From NCBI GenBank assembly GCA_964057225.1, contig OZ059895.1, forward strand, positions 558,001 to 622,000: a stretch of 64,000 nt of DNA. The letters are read 5' to 3'. Below, one piece after another: positions 57,901 to 64,000 of this stretch (positions are counted from its first letter, which is position 1; every line of letters starts with the position of its first letter). The stretch comes from Auanema rhodensis. Its lineage: Eukaryota > Animalia > Nematoda. The position numbers and the translations under genes were made by a program. The notes under the pieces were generated by a model that did not search any database, was not told the DNA's origin, and worked only from the letters and a program-made list of their open reading frames with translations.

Positions 57901-59669
57901 GCTAGCGCAAATCTGATAACACAGATCGACGCAGCTTAAAAATCCGCATCGAATGCACTATACTACATTGAGAAACGCTTAATACAAAAATTTGTTATGA
58001 TCGTTTGAAAAATGATGCATTAGTGTATGTTGAGTTTCCATGTACACTCAACATTGCTTCCAAAAACATTTTGACAAAAATTTTTTCGAAACATTTCAAA
58101 ATAATTTAGCAAAAAGTAGATGTTTTTAGATTCCTTTTTTCAAGGCAAAGACGATGGACAATGTTATTCAACGAAAAAATTAATTCTTCAGGGTGAAAAT
58201 CGAGGATATAAGTGTGAACTTATATCAGTTGATATCTCGGTGCATTTTTAAGCTAGCGCAAATCTGATAACACAAATCGACGCAGCTTAAAAATCCGCAT
58301 CGAATGCACTATACTACATTGAGAAACGCTTAATACAAAAATTAGTTATGATCGTTTGAAAAATGATGCATTAGTGTATGTTGAGTTTCCATGTACACTC
58401 AACATTGCTTCCAAAAACATTTTGACAAAAATTTTTTCGAAAAATTTCAAAATAATTTAGCAAAAAGTAGATGTTTTTAGATTTCATTTTTCAAGGCAAA
58501 GACGATAGACAATGTTATTCAACGAAAAAATTAATTCTTCAGGGTGAAAATCGAGGATATAAGTGTGAACTTATATCAGTTGATATCTCGGTGCATTTTT
58601 AAGCTAGCGCAAATCTGATAACACAGATCGACGCAGCTTAAAAATCCGCATCGAATGCACTATACTACATTGAGAAACGCTTAATACAAAAATTTGTTAT
58701 GATCGTTTGAAAAATGATGCATTAGTGTATGTTGAGTTTCCATGTACACTCAACATTGCTTCCAAAAACATTTTGACAAAAATTTTTTCGAAACATTTCA
58801 AAATAATTTAGCAAAAAGTAGATGTTTTTAGATTCCTTTTTTCAAGGCAAAGACGATGGACAATGTTATTCAACGAAAAAATTAATTCTTCAGGGTGAAA
58901 ATCGAGGATATAAGTGTGAACTTATATCAGTTGATATCTCGGTGCATTTTTAAGCTAGCGCAAATCTGATAACACAGATCGACGCAGCTTAAAAATCCGC
59001 ATCGAATGCACTATACTACATTGAGAAACGCTTAATACAAAAATTTGTTATGATCGTTTGAAAAATGATGCATTAGTGTATGTTGAGTTTCCATGTACAC
59101 TCAACATTGCTTCCAAAAACATTTTGACAAAAATTTTTTCGAAACATTTCAAAATAATTTAGCAAAAAGTAGATGTTTTTAGATTCCTTTTTTCAAGGCA
59201 AAGACGATGGACAATGTTATTCAACGAAAAAATTAATTCTTCAGGGTGAAAATCGAGGATATAAGTGTGAACTTATATCAGTTGATATCTCGGTGCATTT
59301 TTAAGCTAGCGCAAATCTGATAACACAAATCGACGCAGCTTAAAAATCCGCATCGAATGCACTATACTACATTGAGAAACGCTTAATACAAAAATTAGTT
59401 ATGATCGTTTGAAAAATGATGCATTAGTGTATGTTGAGTTTCCATGTACACTCAACATTGCTTCCAAAAACATTTTGACAAAAATTTTTTCGAAAAATTT
59501 CAAAATAATTTAGCAAAAAGTAGATGTTTTTAGATTTCATTTTTCAAGGCAAAGACGATAGACAATGTTATTCAACGAAAAAATTAATTCTTCAGGGTGA
59601 AAATCGAGGATATAAGTGTGAACTTATATCAGTTGATATCTCGGTGCATTTTTAAGCTAGCGCAAATCT
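51949..59669. repeat. Highly homogenised domain dominated by one monomer type (AAATTTGTT + GAAACATTT), punctuated by an ACAAATC/TTCATT/GATAGAC monomer
   Basis: Runs of near-identical monomers, with the punctuating type at 53001, 55458, 56511, 58266 and 59319. Confidence 0.88.
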
Positions 59670-62600
59670 GATAACACAGATCGACGCAGCTTAAAAATCC
59701 GCATCGAATGCACTATACTACATTGAGAAACGCTTAATACAAAAATTAGTTATGATCGTTTGAAAAATGATGCATTAGTGTATGTTGAGTTTCCATGTAC
59801 ACTCAACATTGCTTCCAAAAACATTTTGACAAAAAGTTTTTCGAAAAATTTCAAAATAATTTAGCAAAAAGTAGATGTTTTTAGATTTCTTTTATCAAGG
59901 CAAAGACGATGGACAATGTTATTCAACGAAAAAATTAATTCTTCAGGGTGAAAATCGAGGATATAAGTGTGAACTTATATCAGTTGATATCTCGGTGCAT
60001 TTTTAAGCTAGCGCAAATCTGATAACACAGATCGACGCAGCTTAAAAATCCGCATCGAGTGCACTATACTACATTGAAAAACGCTTAATACAAAAATTAG
60101 TTATGATCGTTTGAAAAATGATGCATTAGTGTATGTTGAGTTTCCATGTACACTCAACATTGCTTCCAAAAACATTTTGACAAAAAGTTTTTCGAAAAAT
60201 TTCAAAATAATTTAGCAAAAAGTAGATGTTTTTAGATTTCTTTTTTCAAGGCAAAGACGATGGACAATGTTATTCAACGAAAAAATTAATTCTTCAGGGT
60301 GAAAATCGAGGATATAAGTGTGAACTTATATCAGTTGATATCTCGGTGCATTTTTAAGCTAGCGCAAATCTGATAACACAGATCGACGCAGCTTAAAAAT
60401 CCGCATCGAGTGCACTATACTACATTGAAAAACGCTTAATACAAAAATTAGTTATGATCGTTTGAAAAATGATGCATTAGTGTATGTTGAGTTTCCATGT
60501 ACACTCAACATTGCTTCCAAAAACATTTTGACAAAAATTTTTTCGAAAAATTTCAAAATAATTTAGCAAAAAGTAGATGTTTTTAGATTCCATTTTTCAA
60601 AGCAAAGACGATGGACAATGTTATTCAACGAAAAAATTAATTCTTCAGGGTGAAAATCGAGGATATAAGTGTGAACTTATATCAGTTGATATCTCGGTGC
60701 ATTTTTAAGCTAGCGCAAATCTGATAACACAAATCGACGCAGCTTGAAAATCCGCATCGAATGCACTATACTACATTGAGAAACGCTTAATACAAAAATT
60801 AGTTATGATCGTTTGAAAAATGATGCATTAGTGTATGTTGAGTTTCCATGTACACTCAACATTGCTTCCAAAAACATTTTGACAAAAATTTTTTCGAAAA
60901 ATTTCAAAATAATTTAGCAAAAAGTAGATGTTTTTAGATTCCATTTTTCAAGGCAAAGACGATAGACAATGTTATTCAACGAAAAAATTAATTCTTCAGG
61001 GTGAAAATCGAGGATATAAGTGTGAACTTATATCAGTTGATATCTCGGTGCATTTTTAAGCTAGCGCAAATCTGATAACACAGATCGACGCAGCTTAAAA
61101 ATCCGCATCGAATGCACTATACTACATTGAGAAACGCTTAATACAAAAATTTGTTATGATCGTTTGAAAAATGATGCATTAGTGTATGTTGAGTTTCCAT
61201 GTACACTCAACATTGCTTCCAAAAACATTTTGACAAAAATTTTTTCGAAACATTTCAAAATAATTTAGCAAAAAGTAGATGTTTTTAGATTCCTTTTTTC
61301 AAGGCAAAGACGATGGACAATGTTATTCAACGAAAAAATTAATTCTTCAGGGTGAAAATCGAGGATATAAGTGTGAACTTATATCAGTTGATATCTCGGT
61401 GCATTTTTAAGCTAGCGCAAATCTGATAACACAAATCGACGCAGCTTAAAAATCCGCATCGAATGCACTATACTACATTGAGAAACGCTTAATACAAAAA
61501 TTAGTTATGATCGTTTGAAAAATGATGCATTAGTGTATGTTGAGTTTCCATGTACACTCAACATTGCTTCCAAAAACATTTTGACAAAAATTTTTTCGAA
61601 AAATTTCAAAATAATTTAGCAAAAAGTAGATGTTTTTAGATTTCATTTTTCAAGGCAAAGACGATAGACAATGTTATTCAACGAAAAAATTAATTCTTCA
61701 GGGTGAAAATCGAGGATATAAGTGTGAACTTATATCAGTTGATATCTCGGTGCATTTTTAAGCTAGCGCAAATCTGATAACACAGATCGACGCAGCTTAA
61801 AAATCCGCATCGAATGCACTATACTACATTGAGAAACGCTTAATACAAAAATTAGTTATGATCGTTTGAAAAATGATGCATTAGTGTATGTTGAGTTTCC
61901 ATGTACACTCAACATTGCTTCCAAAAACATTTTGACAAAAATTTTTTCGAAAAATTTCAAAATAATTTAGCAAAAAGTAGATGTTTTTAGATTTCATTTT
62001 TCAAGGCAAAGACGATAGACAATGTTATTCAACGAAAAAATTAATTCTTCAGGGTGAAAATCGAGGATATAAGTGTGAACTTATATCAGTTGATATCTCG
62101 GTGCATTTTTAAGCTAGCGCAAATCTGATAACACAAATCGACGCAGCTTAAAAATCCGCATCGAATGCACTATACTACATTGAGAAACGCTTCATACAAA
62201 AATTAGTTATGATCGTTTGAAAAATGATGCATTAGTGTATGTTGAGTTTCCATGTACACTCAACATTGCTTCCAAAAACATTTTGACAAAAATTTTTTCG
62301 AAAAATTTCAAAATAATTTAGCAAATAGTAGATGTTTTTAGATTTCATTTTTCAAGGCAAAGACGATAGACAATGTTATTCAACGAAAAAATTAATTCTT
62401 CAGGGTGAAAATCGAGGATATAAGTGTGAACTTATATCAGTTGATATCTCGGTGCATTTTTAAGCTAGCGCAAATCTGATAACACAGATCGACGCAGCTT
62501 AAAAATCCGCATCGAATGCACTATACTACATTGAGAAACGCTTAATACAAAAATTAGTTATGATCGTTTGAAAAATGATGCATTAGTGTATGTTGAGTTT

Positions 62601-64000
62601 CCATGTACACTCAACATTGCTTCCAAAAACATTTTGACAAAAATTTTTTCGAAACATTTCAAAATAATTTAGCAAAAAGTAGATGTTTTTAGATTCCTTT
62701 TTTCAAGGCAAAGACGATGGACAATGTTATTCAACGAAAAAATTAATTCTTCAGGGTGAAAATCGAGGATATAAGTGTGAACTTATATCAGTTGATATCT
62801 CGGTGCATTTTTAAGCTAGCGCAAATCTGATAACACAAATCGACGCAGCTTAAAAATCCGCATCGAATGCACTATACTACATTGAGAAACGCTTAATACA
62901 AAAATTAGTTATGATCGTTTGAAAAATGATGCATTAGTGTATGTTGAGTTTCCATGTACACTCAACATTGCTTCCAAAAACATTTTGACAAAAATTTTTT
63001 CGAAAAATTTCAAAATAATTTAGCAAAAAGTAGATGTTTTTAGATTTCATTTTTCGAGGCAAAGACGATAGACAATGTTATTCAACGAAAAAATTAATTC
63101 TTCAGGGTGAAAATCGAGGATATAAGTGTGAACTTATATCAGTTGATATCTCGGTGCATTTTTAAGCTAGCGCAAATCTGATAACACAGATCGACGCAGC
63201 TTAAAAATCCGCATCGAATGCACTATACTACATTGAGAAACGCTTAATACAAAAATTAGTTATGATCGTTTGAAAAATGATGCATTAGTGTATGTTGAGT
63301 TTCCATGTACACTCAACATTGCTTCCAAAAACATTTTGACAAAAAGTTTTTCGAAAAATTTCAAAATAATTTAGCAAAAAGTAGATGTTTTTAGATTTCT
63401 TTTTTCAAGGCAAAGACGATGGACAATGTTATTCAACGAAAAAATTAATTCTTCAGGGTGAAAATCGAGGATATAAGTGTGAACTTATATCAGTTGATAT
63501 CTCGGTGCATTTTTAAGCTAGCGCAAATCTGATAACACAGATCGACGCAGCTTAAAAATCCGCATCGAGTGCACTATACTACATTGAAAAACGCTTAATA
63601 CAAAAATTAGTTATGATCGTTTGAAAAATGATGCATTAGTGTATGTTGAGTTTCCATGTACACTCAACATTGCTTCCAAAAACATTTTGACAAAAATATT
63701 TTCGAAAAATTTCAAAATAATTTAGCAAAAAGTAGATGTTTTTAGATTCCATTTTTCAAAGCAAAGACGATGGACAATGTTATTCAACGAAAAAATTAAT
63801 TCTTCAGGGTGAAAATCGAGGATATAAGTGTGAACTTATATCAGTTGATATCTCGGTGCATTTTTAAGCTAGCGCAAATCTGATAACACAAATCGACGCA
63901 GCTTAAAAATCCGCATCGAATGCACTATACTACATTGAGAAACGCTTAATACAAAAATTAGTTATGATCGTTTGAAAAATGATGCATTAGTGTATGTTGA

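Larger units (their letters stand above)
1..64000. repeat. Tandem satellite DNA array, 351-bp monomer, ~182.3 head-to-tail copies, extending beyond both window edges
   Basis: GATAACACAG/AATCGACG recurs at 1, 352, 703 and exactly at 7021, 14041, 21061, 28081, 35101, 42121 and 49141 (multiples of 20x351). The phase shifts by -1 after ~52484 (53001, 63882). Copies differ by only a few substitutions. Confidence 0.99.

Noticed and set aside
1-64000. CRISPR array or other repeat-spacer system
   Set aside because: There are no unique spacers, the entire 351 bp is repeated, and no cas or other genes are present.

Overview
The whole 64-kb window is one uninterrupted, head-to-tail, single-orientation satellite array. 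It has a 351-bp monomer (~31% GC by hand count of the consensus), with 182 complete copies plus a 119-bp partial copy. Monomers start at 1+351n up to a single 1-bp deletion at ~52484 and one base earlier after it. I found no unique sequence, gene, RNA gene, CRISPR spacer, TE insertion or inversion, and the ORF-track entries appear to be by-products of monomer SNPs. This looks like a eukaryotic (peri)centromeric or heterochromatic satellite. An invertebrate host is plausible, but the organism cannot be determined from the sequence. Structure appears at two levels. (1) Inside the monomer there are several dyads: a 67-bp imperfect hairpin across my monomer junction, a 9-bp stem with a GTGA loop that overlaps competing dyads, and an apparently invariant 9-bp-stem hairpin. 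(2) Across the array, diagnostic SNPs define a mosaic of short local higher-order repeats (3-, 4-, 5-, 6-, 7- and 9-mers), subfamily domains, recombinant junction monomers and a more diverged island. All variant calls were made by eye.
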